DNA of 32,000 nt from Longivirga aurantiaca (GCF_042660085.1 NZ_JBHSTI010000002.1:330001-362000), one strand, 5' to 3'; positions 8,480 through 17,451 are shown, numbered from the stretch's first letter. Translations and numbers: made by a program. The notes: generated by a model from the letters alone, not told the origin.

Positions 8480-9679
8480 GTGAGCGAGCAGCCGGTGGTG
8501 GTCGAGCGGCGGGTGACCCCGCTCGAGCTCTTCTTCGACCTGGTCTTCGTCTTCTCCCTCACCCAGGTGACGGCGCTGATGGCGGCCGATCCCACCTGGC
8601 TGGGGCTCCTGCGCGGGATGGCCGTGCTCACGGTGCTGTGGTGGGCGTGGGTCGCGTACGTCTGGATCGGCACCACGACCGATGCCGAGGACGGCGTCGC
8701 GCGCATCGTGATGCTCGCCGCGATGGGCGCGATGTTCCTGACCGCGCTCGCGGCCCCCGGAGCGTTCGGCCAGCTCGGCGACGTCGCCGGGGGCTCGCGC
8801 GACCAGGCGCTGCTGTTCGGCGTCACGTACTTCGCCGTGCGCCTCGCCCACGTGGTGCTCTTCCGCGTGATCGGTCGGGACAAGCCCGACGTCGGTGCCG
8901 CCGTGGCCCGGCTCGCGCCGGGTCTGCTCCTCGGATCCGCGCTGATCCTCGTCGCGGCCTTCCTCCCGCCCGGGTGGCCGCGCGGCCTGCTCTGGGCGGT
9001 CGCGATCGCGGTCGACGTCGGGGCCCCGCTCGTCGCGGGCACGAAGGGGTGGGAGCTCAGCCCCCACCACTTCGCCGAGCGGCACGGCCTCGTGATCATC
9101 ATCGCGCTGGGCGAGTCGCTGGTGGCCCTCGGCGTCGGCGTCAGCGACCAGCTGTACGACGTGCGCACGATGATCGCGGTGCTCGTGGGGTTCGCCTCGG
9201 TGGCGTGCCTCTGGTGGCTCTACTTCGACGTCGTCGCCATCGCGGCCGAGCGCCGGCTCGCGAGCGTCGACGTCGAGCAGCGCAACAGGCTCGCGCGCGA
9301 CTCGTTCAACTACTTCCACCTGCCGATGGTGGCCGGGATCGTGCTGCTCGCCCTGGGCCTCAAGAAGTCGTTCGTCGACATCGACTCCGAGCTCAAGCTC
9401 GTGGCGTCGTTCGCGCTCTTCGGCGGCGTCGCGCTCTACCTGCTCGGCCACCTGCTCTTCCGCAAGCGCAACATGGGCTCCTGGAACCTCCAGCGCACGG
9501 TGATCATGCTGCTGCTGCTCGCCTGCGTGCCGCTCGGTGTGGCCGTTCCCGCGTGGGTGAGCCTCGTGACGCTGATGTCGGTGCTGCTGGCGCTCGTCAC
9601 CTACGAGACGCTGGCCTTCGCTCCGTGGCGCCGGCACCTCCGCGCCGCCCACGAGGACCACCACGCGGGGGAGCACTGA
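8480..9679 (+). CDS. Low temperature requirement protein A (LtrA) family membrane protein
   Basis: VVVERRVTPLELFFDLVFVFSLTQVTALM...VLWWAWVAYVWIGTTTDAEDG...: LtrA family signature (ELFFDLVFVF), multi-TM. GTG start. Confidence 0.92.
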   Translation: MSEQPVVVERRVTPLELFFDLVFVFSLTQVTALMAADPTWLGLLRGMAVLTVLWWAWVAYVWIGTTTDAEDGVARIVMLAAMGAMFLTALAAPGAFGQLGDVAGGSRDQALLFGVTYFAVRLAHVVLFRVIGRDKPDVGAAVARLAPGLLLGSALILVAAFLPPGWPRGLLWAVAIAVDVGAPLVAGTKGWELSPHHFAERHGLVIIIALGESLVALGVGVSDQLYDVRTMIAVLVGFASVACLWWLYFDVVAIAAERRLASVDVEQRNRLARDSFNYFHLPMVAGIVLLALGLKKSFVDIDSELKLVASFALFGGVALYLLGHLLFRKRNMGSWNLQRTVIMLLLLACVPLGVAVPAWVSLVTLMSVLLALVTYETLAFAPWRRHLRAAHEDHHAGEH

Positions 9680-9692
9680 CCACAGTCGCGTG

Positions 9693-11357
9693 TCAGACCG
9701 CGTCGGGCTCGATGCTGCCGTGCAGGACGTCGTCGGCGTCGACGATGCGGTAGGCGTAGCCCTGCTCGGCGAGGAACCGCTGGCGGTGCGCGGCGAAGTC
9801 GGCGTCAACGGTGTCGCGCGCCACGACGGCGTAGAAGCGCGCGGTGCGGCCGTCGGCCTTCGGGCGCAGCACGCGGCCGAGGCGCTGGGCCTCCTCCTGC
9901 CGCGAGCCGAACGAGCCGGAGATCTGGATGGCGACGCCGGCCTCGGGCAGGTCGACCGAGAAGTTGGCGACCTTGGAGACGACGAGCACGCGGACCTCTC
10001 CGGAGCGGAAGGCGTCGAAGAGGCGCTCGCGCTCCTTGACCGGCGTCTCGCCCGTGATGACGGGAGCATCGAGCCGCTCGCCCATCTCGTGCAGCTGGTC
10101 GAGGTATTGGCCGATCACGAGGACGTGCTCCTCGGCGTGCTTCTCGACCAGCGCCTGGACGATGCGGAACTTGCGGTCGGTCGAGGCCGCGAGGCGGTAG
10201 CGCTCCTCGGGCTCGGCGGTCGCGTAGACGAGGCGCTCGCGCTCGTCGAGCGTCACGCGCACCTCGACGCAGTCGGCGGGAGCGATGTAGCCCTGCGCCT
10301 CGATGTCCTTCCAGGGCGCGTCGTACCGCTTGGGCCCGATGAGCGAGAAGACGTCGCCCTCTCGGCCGTCCTCGCGCACGAGGGTGGCCGTGAGGCCGAG
10401 CCGGCGGCGGGCCTGGATGTCGGCGGTGAACCGGAAGATCGGTGCCGGCAGCAGGTGCACCTCGTCGTACAGGATGAGGCCCCAGTCGCGGGCGTCGAAG
10501 AGCTCGAGGTGCTGGTAGACGCCCTTCCGCCGGGTCGTCATCACCTGGTACGTCGCGATGGTCACGGGCCGGATGTCCTTGACCGTGCCGGAGTACTCGC
10601 CGATCTCGGACTCGGTGAGGGTCGTGCGCTTGAGCAGCTCGGACTTCCACTGGCGGGCCGAGACGGTGTTGGTGACGAGGATCAGGGTGGTGGCGCCGGC
10701 CATCGCCATCGCGGCCGCGCCGACGATCGTCTTGCCCGCGCCGCAGGGGAGCACGACCACGCCCGAGCCGCCGTGCAGGAAGTTCTCGGCGGCCTCGCGC
10801 TGGTAGCCGCGCAGGGTCCAGCCGTCCTCGGTGAGCGACATCGGGTGCGCCTCGCCGTCGACGTACCCGGCCAGGTCCTCCGCCGGCCAGCCGAGCTTGA
10901 GCAGCACCTGCTTGAGCGACCCGCGCTCGGACGGGTGCACGACGACGGTGTCGGGGTCGATGCGCGCCCCGACGAGCGGCTCGACCTTCTTGCTGCGCAG
11001 CACCTCCTCGAGCACGGCCCGGTCGTTCGAGTGCAGCACCAGGCCGTGGGCGGGGTCGTTCTGCAGCTGGAGGCGGCCGTAGCGGCCCATGGTGTCGGCG
11101 ACGTCGACGAGCAGGGAGTGCGGCACGGGGTAGCGCGAGTAGCGCAGCAGGATGTCGACGACGCCCTCGGCGTCGTGACCGGCCGCGCGCGCGTTCCAGA
11201 GGCCGAGCGGCGTGAGGCGGTAGGTGTGCACGTGCTCGGGGGCGCGCTCGAGCTCGGCGAACGGCGCGATCGCGTGACGGCACTCGGCCGACAGCGCATG
11301 GTCGATCTCGAGGAGCAGCGTCTTGTCGCTCTGCACGATCAGCGGGCCGTCGGTCAT
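9693..11357 (-). CDS. XPB/Rad25-type DNA helicase (actinobacterial Ercc3/Ssl2-like)
   Basis: LRGYQREAAENFLHGGSGVVVLPCGAGKTIVGAAAMAMAGATTLILVTNTVSARQWKSELLKRTTL...DEVHLLPAPIFR...RRRLGLTATLVREDGREGDVFSLIGPKRYDAPWKDIE...: Walker A (PCGAGKT), DEVH box and XPB-specific motifs. Confidence 0.96.
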   Translation of the reverse strand: MTDGPLIVQSDKTLLLEIDHALSAECRHAIAPFAELERAPEHVHTYRLTPLGLWNARAAGHDAEGVVDILLRYSRYPVPHSLLVDVADTMGRYGRLQLQNDPAHGLVLHSNDRAVLEEVLRSKKVEPLVGARIDPDTVVVHPSERGSLKQVLLKLGWPAEDLAGYVDGEAHPMSLTEDGWTLRGYQREAAENFLHGGSGVVVLPCGAGKTIVGAAAMAMAGATTLILVTNTVSARQWKSELLKRTTLTESEIGEYSGTVKDIRPVTIATYQVMTTRRKGVYQHLELFDARDWGLILYDEVHLLPAPIFRFTADIQARRRLGLTATLVREDGREGDVFSLIGPKRYDAPWKDIEAQGYIAPADCVEVRVTLDERERLVYATAEPEERYRLAASTDRKFRIVQALVEKHAEEHVLVIGQYLDQLHEMGERLDAPVITGETPVKERERLFDAFRSGEVRVLVVSKVANFSVDLPEAGVAIQISGSFGSRQEEAQRLGRVLRPKADGRTARFYAVVARDTVDADFAAHRQRFLAEQGYAYRIVDADDVLHGSIEPDAV

Positions 11358-11423
11358 CCGTCGATTCTCCCACCCCGGCCGAGACGCGCAGACCACAGCG
11401 TGACGCCCGGAGCGAACACCCCT

Positions 11424-11486
11424 CGCTGAGCCTGCTCGATCCGTTGCTCCCGGGCCCGGGAAGCAGCGGATTGATCAGTGTCAGCG
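11424..11486 (-). repeat. Palindromic dispersed repeat family 1, copy A
   Basis: cgctgagcctgctcgatccgttgctcccgggcccgggaagcagcggattgatcagtgtcagcg; its reverse complement is about 55/63 identical to 26497-26559. Confidence 0.85.
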
Positions 11487-11510
11487 GGTGGGTGCGGCTA
11501 GGTTGCGGGG

Positions 11511-11900
11511 ATGCGGATCTCCACCTTCCTCATGTTCCAGGGCGACGCCGAGGCCTGGCTCGACCTCGCGGTCGGGGCAATCCCCGGGTCGAGCGTCACG
11601 ACGATCACGCGCTACGGCGCGGAGGGCCCGGGCGTCGAGGGATCCGTCGCCGCCTCGGAGGCGCTGATCGGCGGTCACGCCGTGCGCTGCTACGACAGCT
11701 TCGTCGTCCACGACTTCACCTTCACGCCGTCCATCTCGCTGTTCGTCGACCTCGACTCCGAGGAGCAGCACGCGGCCGCCCACGACCTCCTGGTGGACGG
11801 CGGCAGCATGCTCATGCCGCCGGGCGACTATGGCTTCAGCCGCTGGTTCTCCTGGATCCAGGACCGCTACGGCGTCTCCTGGCAGCTGAACGTGCCGTGA
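11511..11900 (+). CDS. VOC family / PhnB-like (glyoxalase superfamily) protein
   Basis: MRISTFLMFQGDAEAWLDLAVGAIPGSSVTTITRYG...DLLVDGGSMLMPPGDYGFSRWFSWIQDRYGVSWQLNVP: PhnB-like terminal WIQDRYGVSWQL motif. Confidence 0.88.
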   Translation: MRISTFLMFQGDAEAWLDLAVGAIPGSSVTTITRYGAEGPGVEGSVAASEALIGGHAVRCYDSFVVHDFTFTPSISLFVDLDSEEQHAAAHDLLVDGGSMLMPPGDYGFSRWFSWIQDRYGVSWQLNVP

Positions 11901-12781
11901 GCGGGATCGTCAGCGGCGAGCGGCTGGGCGCGGCCTGGGAGGACGCGCGCCTGGCCGCGTCGCGCGGCCGGGTGCAGGTGCGCGCGCTCCGCACCGTGGC
12001 CGAGCTGAACGAGGCCCGCGGGGTGTGGGACGCCGTGTGGCCCACGGTCCCCGGCGCCACCGAGATCACCGGCAACCTCATCCGCGCGATCGAGCACGCC
12101 GGCGGGTACGTGTCGGGTGCCTACGCAGACGGTGTCATGGTGGGGTCCTGCCTCGCCTTCCTCGGCCGCACCCGTGAGGACGCCGGCTGGCACACCCACC
12201 TGCACTCGCACATCGCCGCAGCCACGCCCGGCAACGCCGACCGTGGGGTCGGCACCGCGCTCAAGCTGCACCAGCGGGCATGGGCGCTCGAGCACGACAT
12301 CGACCGCGTGGTCTGGACCTTCGACCCGCTGGTACGCCGCAACGCGCGGCTCAACCTGGTGAAGCTCGGCGCTGTCGCGGTGGACTACCTCGTGGACTTC
12401 TACGGGCGGATGGACGACGCGCTCAACGCCGGCGAGCCCAGCGACCGGCTCCTCGCCCAGTGGGACGTCGCGTCCGACCGCGTGGCCGAGGCTCTCTCAG
12501 GAGCCGTAGCGGCCTGGACGCGCGCCGACCTCCTCGCGGCGGGCGCGGCCGAGGCGCTCGTGGTCGGTGACGACGGCGAGCCGCGCGTCATCCCGGCGTC
12601 CGTGCGGACCACCCTCGTGGCGCTACCCGGTGACATCGTGGACATCCGCCGCCGCGACGGCGGCCTCGCCCGCGCGTGGCGCCTCGCTGTCCGCGAGGCC
12701 CTGGCTCCCGTGGGCGCGGGTGCGGCGTACGTCGTGGGTCTCACGACGGACGGCTTCTACGTGGTGGAGGAACGGGCATGA
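11897..12781 (+). CDS. GNAT superfamily acyltransferase
   Basis: VSGIVSGERLGAAWEDARLAASRGRVQVRALRTVAELNEARGVWDAVWP...GTALKLHQRAWALEHDIDRVVWTFDPLVRRNARLNLVKLGAVAVDYLVDFYGRMDDALNAGEPSDRLLAQWDV. GTGA overlap with upstream CDS; ATGA overlap with downstream CDS. Confidence 0.82.
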   Translation: MSGIVSGERLGAAWEDARLAASRGRVQVRALRTVAELNEARGVWDAVWPTVPGATEITGNLIRAIEHAGGYVSGAYADGVMVGSCLAFLGRTREDAGWHTHLHSHIAAATPGNADRGVGTALKLHQRAWALEHDIDRVVWTFDPLVRRNARLNLVKLGAVAVDYLVDFYGRMDDALNAGEPSDRLLAQWDVASDRVAEALSGAVAAWTRADLLAAGAAEALVVGDDGEPRVIPASVRTTLVALPGDIVDIRRRDGGLARAWRLAVREALAPVGAGAAYVVGLTTDGFYVVEERA

Positions 12782-13884
12782 GGATCGAGAGGGTGGTGGT
12801 CCACCGGGCCGCGCTGCCGCTGGTGCGGCCGTTCCGCACGTCGTTCATGGTCGAACTCCACAAGGACGTCGTCCTCGTCGAGCTCACCACGGACGACGGC
12901 GTCACCGGCTGGGGCGAGTGCGTGGCGATGACCGCCCCGCTGTACAGCCACGAGTACAACGACGGCGCGATCGAGGTCATGCGCGAGTTCCTGCTCCCGC
13001 GGCTCCTCGGCGTCGACCTCGAGCTCGAGGACGTGCCCGCGCTGCTCGGCCCGGTGCGCGGCCACCCGATGGCCAAGGGCGCGCTCGAGCTGGCGGTGGC
13101 CGACGCCGCGCTGCGCATGCGGGGCCAGTCGTTCGCGTCGTACCTCGGGAGCGTCCGCGACCAGGTCGACTGCGGCGTCTCGGTAGGCATCCCGGCGGAC
13201 GACTCCATCGACACGCTCGTGGCCGAGGTCGACGGCTACGTGGCCGAGGGCTACCAGCGCATCAAGCTGAAGATCCAGCCCGGCTGGGACGTCGTCCCCA
13301 CGCGGGTGATCCGTGAGCGCTACCCGGACGTCCCGCTGCAGGTCGACGCCAACCAGGCATACGGCCGCGCCGACATCGAGCACCTGGCAGGGCTCGACGA
13401 GTTCGGGCTGCTCCTGATCGAGCAGCCGCTGCACGAGGACGACGTGCTGGGGCACAAGCTCATGGCCGAGCGCATGCAGACCCCCATGTGCCTGGACGAG
13501 TCGGTGCTCTCTGCGGAGAACGCCGAGTTCCTCATCGACTACGGCGCGTGCGAGGTCGTGAACATCAAGGCGGGCCGCGTCGGCGGGTATCTCTCGGCCA
13601 AGGCGATCCACGACCTCGCGCTCGCGCGCAGCGTCCCGGTGTGGTGCGGCGGGATGGTGGAGACGGGCATCGGCCGCGCAGCCAACATCGCCCTCGCGTC
13701 CCTCCCGGGCTTCACCCTGCCGGGCGACACGAGCGGCAGCGACCGCTTCTTCACGCGCGACGTCACGGAGCCGTTCGTGCTCGTGGACGGCCGGATCGAC
13801 GTGCCGACAGGCCCCGGGCTCGGAGTCGCGCCGTTGCCCGAGGTGCTCGAGGAGCTGACCGTCGCTCGGCACGTGCTCGCCTGA
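12778..13884 (+). CDS. Enolase-superfamily o-succinylbenzoate synthase / N-succinylamino acid racemase
   Basis: MRIERVVVHRAALPLVRPFRTSF...YQRIKLKIQPGWDVV...VPLQVDANQAY...LLIEQPLHEDDV...CLDESVLSAENAEFL...VVNIKAGRVGGYLSAKAIHDLALARSVPVWCGGMVETGIGRAANIALASLPGFTLPGDTSGSDRFFTRDV: KxK, D/E/D metal ligands and OSBS/NSAR signature. Confidence 0.93.
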   Translation: MRIERVVVHRAALPLVRPFRTSFMVELHKDVVLVELTTDDGVTGWGECVAMTAPLYSHEYNDGAIEVMREFLLPRLLGVDLELEDVPALLGPVRGHPMAKGALELAVADAALRMRGQSFASYLGSVRDQVDCGVSVGIPADDSIDTLVAEVDGYVAEGYQRIKLKIQPGWDVVPTRVIRERYPDVPLQVDANQAYGRADIEHLAGLDEFGLLLIEQPLHEDDVLGHKLMAERMQTPMCLDESVLSAENAEFLIDYGACEVVNIKAGRVGGYLSAKAIHDLALARSVPVWCGGMVETGIGRAANIALASLPGFTLPGDTSGSDRFFTRDVTEPFVLVDGRIDVPTGPGLGVAPLPEVLEELTVARHVLA

Positions 13885-13998
13885 GATCCCCCGTCCCCCA
13901 GCGATTTTGGCTCCTCACCCGTTCGTCCGATAGACGATGCACGACCTGCATCCGTGTATGCGCGAGGCGTAGCCTGGAGCCATTCCAGGAGGTACACG

Positions 13999-14187
13999 AT
14001 GCGCCAGGACCAGAGGACCAGGAACGCCGACCGGACCCCCGGGGCGGCGGAGCGGGCGAAGGTGCGCCGGCTCACCGCTGAAGGGCAGCGGCTCCGTGCC
14101 TGCGACGCCGCGCGCGACCATCTCGCGCAGCCCGGCGCGGAGCAGGCCACCACGGTCGCCCGGCGTACCGCCTCGACCTGGCGCTGA
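13999..14187 (+). CDS. Small basic protein, 62 aa, unknown
   Basis: MRQDQRTRNADRTPGAAERAKVRRLTAEGQRLRACDAARDHLAQPGAEQATTVARRTASTWR; ATG preceded by CCAGGAGG. No known domain recognised. Confidence 0.45.
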   Translation: MRQDQRTRNADRTPGAAERAKVRRLTAEGQRLRACDAARDHLAQPGAEQATTVARRTASTWR

Positions 14188-14190
14188 GCG

Positions 14191-16659
14191 TCAGGGCGCC
14201 TTGTCCGCGACCGCAGCCACGCCGGTGATGCGCGCGACCGTGAACGTGCGCACCTCCGCCGTGCGCAGGTCGTACGCCGTGAGGAAGCCGCCGTCGAGCC
14301 GCAACGGCTCGACCACGCGCTCGGTCGCGGTGCCCGTGGAGTCGGCGTACCCGATCCAGATCGCCTTCTGACGGTCGAGGGCACCCCGAAGCTCGGCCAT
14401 CGTCTCGCTCGTCGTCGACCGAGGGAGCCGTCCGCTGCCGCCGGACTCGGGCATGGCCGGCGGGCGGTGCGCGGCCGCGGTCTCGCCGGCGCGCAGTGCG
14501 CGGACGGCGGCTGACAGCAGGGCCTCGGTCGGGGCCGGAGGCTCGCCCGAGAGCCGCGGCGGCCTCGGCCGCGTGGGGGTGCGGCGCGAGTCACGACGGC
14601 GTACGACGACGGCGCCCTCCGCGTTCTCGGCGCTCGGTGCGTAGCCGGCCTCGCGCAGACGCTCGAGGACGAGGTCGATGGGGGACGCCGACACGATGAC
14701 GGTGTCCGCGACGCGCGTGAGGCGCAGCGCGGCGAGCTTGCGGTCGGCGAGTGCTGCGGTGACGGTGGCCGGGTCGTCGCACCGGAGGTACGCCGTGGCC
14801 ACGCCGACGCGCAGGGCGCCGTGGCGCCGCGCAGCGTCGTTGACGAGGTACTCGAGCGGCTGCGGCACGGGCGTGCGCGATCGCGCCGAGAGCATCGCGA
14901 GGATGTCGGTGGCGCTGCGCCCGGCGTCGAGGGCGCGACGGATGGTGGCCTCGGTGAACCGGTAGACGGTGGCTCCGCCGGTCGACTCGACGTCGGCCAT
15001 CAGCGCGATCTCGCGCGCCAGGGCGCCCTCGAGCGGTCCGGGAGCGACCGCGGTGAGGTCGGCCTGCAGCAGCACGTGGTCGAGGGGCTCGGGCAGCACG
15101 GCGTCGACGGCGGCCGCGACCTCCGCGGGCACCGACGCGCGACCCGGCATCCGTGCCGCGGCGCGCGCCTCGTTCGACGCCTCGTCCGGAAGGGTGGACG
15201 TGAGCAGCATCCGACCGTGCGTCGACAGCGACCCGAGGCCCGTGATGCCGAGGCGCTCGGCCTCCTCGGGAACCGCCTCGACCACCGCCTGCCACAGGGG
15301 CGACGTACGGCGAGGGCGGCGCCAGCGCAGGCGCTCGAGCAGTGCGTGGTGCGACGGCGACTGCCCCGGCTCGAGGGCGACGAGCTCGTCGAGGACGGCG
15401 CGGCGGGCCTCGGGCGTGAGCGCGCGGTCGAGGTCGCGCGCCAGGGCGTTGACCCTCCCGCCGCCGTCGTCGCGCCCGGCCACGAGGACCGGTGTGCGGG
15501 TCATCAGCAGCCAGGTCTGGGCGAGCAGCGTCCAGCGCTCCGCTGTCGAGCGGGTCAGCCAGGAGTCGTAGGCGGGCGTGGGGCACCACACCTCGTCGAG
15601 CTCGCCGTCCGCCGCGAGAAGCCCTGCGGCGTAAGCGGTCTCGATGACGAGCGCGGCGCCTTCCTCGTCGACGTCGAGGCCGAGGGCGGTGCGCGTGAGG
15701 TCGCGGACGGCGAGGCCGCCGCTGCGCAGGACGGCGGGGGGCGCCGTGGACCACGCCTCGAGGAGGTCCTCGACCAGGCGCACGAACGAGAACGCCTGCT
15801 GGCCGGCCGTGCGGTCGACGAGGTTCGGCGTGCGGTCCGTGTGGTCGACCGACGGCGGGTGCGGCACGAGGTCAGGCACGAGCACGCCGCCGCGCAGGGG
15901 CAGTGCCACCTCGCGCGGCACGATCACGGTGTCGGCCGCGATCGGCTCGAGCAGGTGCCGAGCGAGGAGCCACTCGACGGGAGTGCGGGCCGACTCGACC
16001 GACACGGGTCGGTCCGCGCCCTCGACGCGGCCGACCGGCGAGGTCCAGAGCAGGCGCTCGAGCGCCTCGCGCGCGCCGTCCGGCGCCTCCGTGAGCGTGC
16101 GCTCGACCAGAGCCGGGTCGTCGGCGTACGGCGCGACACCGCGGCGTCCCTCGGCCATCGCGGGTCCGAGGCCGGCGGGGTAGGTGCCGAGCGCCTCGCG
16201 GACGGGTCGGACGAGGTGCAGATCGTGGTCGCGCCCCCAGAGCAGTGCGAGGACGCGCAGCCGGTCGACCACTCCGGCGACGAGCGCGGGGTCGACGTCG
16301 GGCAGGCCCTCCTGTAGCTGGCGGAGGTCGGCGGGCTCGCCGAGCGCGGCGAGCGCGGTGGTGACCTGCAGCGCGAAGACATCGAGGCGGTCGAGCGCGC
16401 GGGCGGCGGACGGGCCCGTCGTCGCGCGGGTCGCCAGCGCGCCGAGATCGGCCGGGACGGGGTGCACGAGGTCGGGGCGGGCGGCCAGCAGCGCGGCGAT
16501 GGAGTCGTCGCTGCGCTGACGGAGGTCCTCGGCGAGCGAGCGCGGTGCCGGAGCGGCGGCGTCCGGGGCGGCGCCGGCGGCTGTCGGGCGCGCGGAGGCA
16601 GAGGCGCTGCGCCGACGCGGCGTCGCACCTCCCGCAGCGTCCGGCCGTCGAGTGGTCAT
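14191..16659 (-). CDS. Helicase-associated domain protein (XPB-partner, Rv0862c-like)
   Basis: MTTRRPDAAGGATPRRR...SLAEDLRQRSDDSIAALLAARPDLVHPVPADLGALATRATTGPSAARALDRLDVFALQVTTALAAL...; C-terminal WYL-like IGYADSTGTATERVVEPLRLDGGFLTAYDLRTAEVRTFTVARI. Confidence 0.88.
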   Translation of the reverse strand: MTTRRPDAAGGATPRRRSASASARPTAAGAAPDAAAPAPRSLAEDLRQRSDDSIAALLAARPDLVHPVPADLGALATRATTGPSAARALDRLDVFALQVTTALAALGEPADLRQLQEGLPDVDPALVAGVVDRLRVLALLWGRDHDLHLVRPVREALGTYPAGLGPAMAEGRRGVAPYADDPALVERTLTEAPDGAREALERLLWTSPVGRVEGADRPVSVESARTPVEWLLARHLLEPIAADTVIVPREVALPLRGGVLVPDLVPHPPSVDHTDRTPNLVDRTAGQQAFSFVRLVEDLLEAWSTAPPAVLRSGGLAVRDLTRTALGLDVDEEGAALVIETAYAAGLLAADGELDEVWCPTPAYDSWLTRSTAERWTLLAQTWLLMTRTPVLVAGRDDGGGRVNALARDLDRALTPEARRAVLDELVALEPGQSPSHHALLERLRWRRPRRTSPLWQAVVEAVPEEAERLGITGLGSLSTHGRMLLTSTLPDEASNEARAAARMPGRASVPAEVAAAVDAVLPEPLDHVLLQADLTAVAPGPLEGALAREIALMADVESTGGATVYRFTEATIRRALDAGRSATDILAMLSARSRTPVPQPLEYLVNDAARRHGALRVGVATAYLRCDDPATVTAALADRKLAALRLTRVADTVIVSASPIDLVLERLREAGYAPSAENAEGAVVVRRRDSRRTPTRPRPPRLSGEPPAPTEALLSAAVRALRAGETAAAHRPPAMPESGGSGRLPRSTTSETMAELRGALDRQKAIWIGYADSTGTATERVVEPLRLDGGFLTAYDLRTAEVRTFTVARITGVAAVADKAP

Positions 16660-16725
16660 CCGCCCAAACCTACGCGTGTCCCGGTCGAACCAGCGAACCG
16701 GCGAAATCGGCGCCATCCGGATCGG

Positions 16726-16778
16726 GCGATGAAGGGTGACTTCGTTGCGCTCTGAGCAACGAAGGGCCCCTTCATCGC
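16726..16778. repeat. Very strong stem-loop in divergent intergenic region
   Basis: GCGATGAAGGG-TGA-CTTCGTTGC-GCTCTGA-GCAACGAAG-GGC-CCCTTCATCGC: 11 + 9 bp perfectly paired arms with one 3x3 internal loop. Confidence 0.85.
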
Positions 16779-16812
16779 AAACGGGGGAGGCGGGGGCGCA
16801 TAGGGTCACGGG

Positions 16813-17451
16813 GTGCGCGTGATCGGGTTCGACCTCGACATGACGATCGTGGACTCGTCCGAGGCGATCGTCGACAGCGTCGCGGCCGTCGGCAGGCGCT
16901 GGGACGTGCCCATCGACGAGGGATGGCTGCGCGCGACCCTCGGCCTCCCGCTCGACCTCGTCTTCCCGCAGCTCGTCCCCGAGATCCCGTACGCCGAGGC
17001 CCTCGAGGTCTACCGCGCGCGCTACCTGAGCCACGGCCTCGCCATGCACGACGTCCTCCCGGGGGCGCGCGAGTCGCTCGAGACGGTCGTGGCCGACGGG
17101 TTCTCGATCCTCGTCGTCAGCGCGAAGAAGGACACGCATGTCCGGGCGGTGCTGCAGTCGGTCGATCTCGACCACCTCGTCGCCGAGGTCGTCGGCGAGC
17201 GCTTCGCCGAAGGCAAGTCCGAGTCGCTGCGCGAGTTCGCGGCCGAGGCCTACGTCGGCGACCACCCCGGTGACGTCCGCGGCGCCCTCGGGGCCGGAGC
17301 GGTCGCGATCGCGGTCGCGACGGGCCCCACGTCGGCGTCCGAGCTCGCAGCCGCGGGTGCGGACGTCGTGCTCGACGACCTGACCACCTTCGTGCCCTGG
17401 TGGCGCGCCTGGCTCGACGGCGCCGATGCGCCTGCGGAGGAGACGGCATGA
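16813..17451 (+). CDS. HAD family hydrolase (phosphoglycolate phosphatase-like)
   Basis: VRVIGFDLDMTIVDSSEAIVDSVAAVGRRWD...LPGARESLETVVADGFSILVVSAKKDTHVRAVLQ...YVGDHPGDVRGALGAGAVAIAVATG: HAD motifs I-III. GTG start. Confidence 0.92.
   Translation: MRVIGFDLDMTIVDSSEAIVDSVAAVGRRWDVPIDEGWLRATLGLPLDLVFPQLVPEIPYAEALEVYRARYLSHGLAMHDVLPGARESLETVVADGFSILVVSAKKDTHVRAVLQSVDLDHLVAEVVGERFAEGKSESLREFAAEAYVGDHPGDVRGALGAGAVAIAVATGPTSASELAAAGADVVLDDLTTFVPWWRAWLDGADAPAEETA

Noticed and set aside
9690-11429. 579-aa plus-strand ORF opposite the XPB helicase
   Set aside because: Antisense artefact. The minus frame has Walker A, DEVH and XPB motifs.
12778-13884. Calling this gene menC outright
   Set aside because: No menaquinone neighbours, and pairing with a GNAT makes N-succinylamino acid racemase at least as likely. 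Symbol left blank.
14821-16317. 498-aa plus-strand ORF opposite helicase-associated gene
   Set aside because: Low-complexity shadow of a recognised minus-strand protein.
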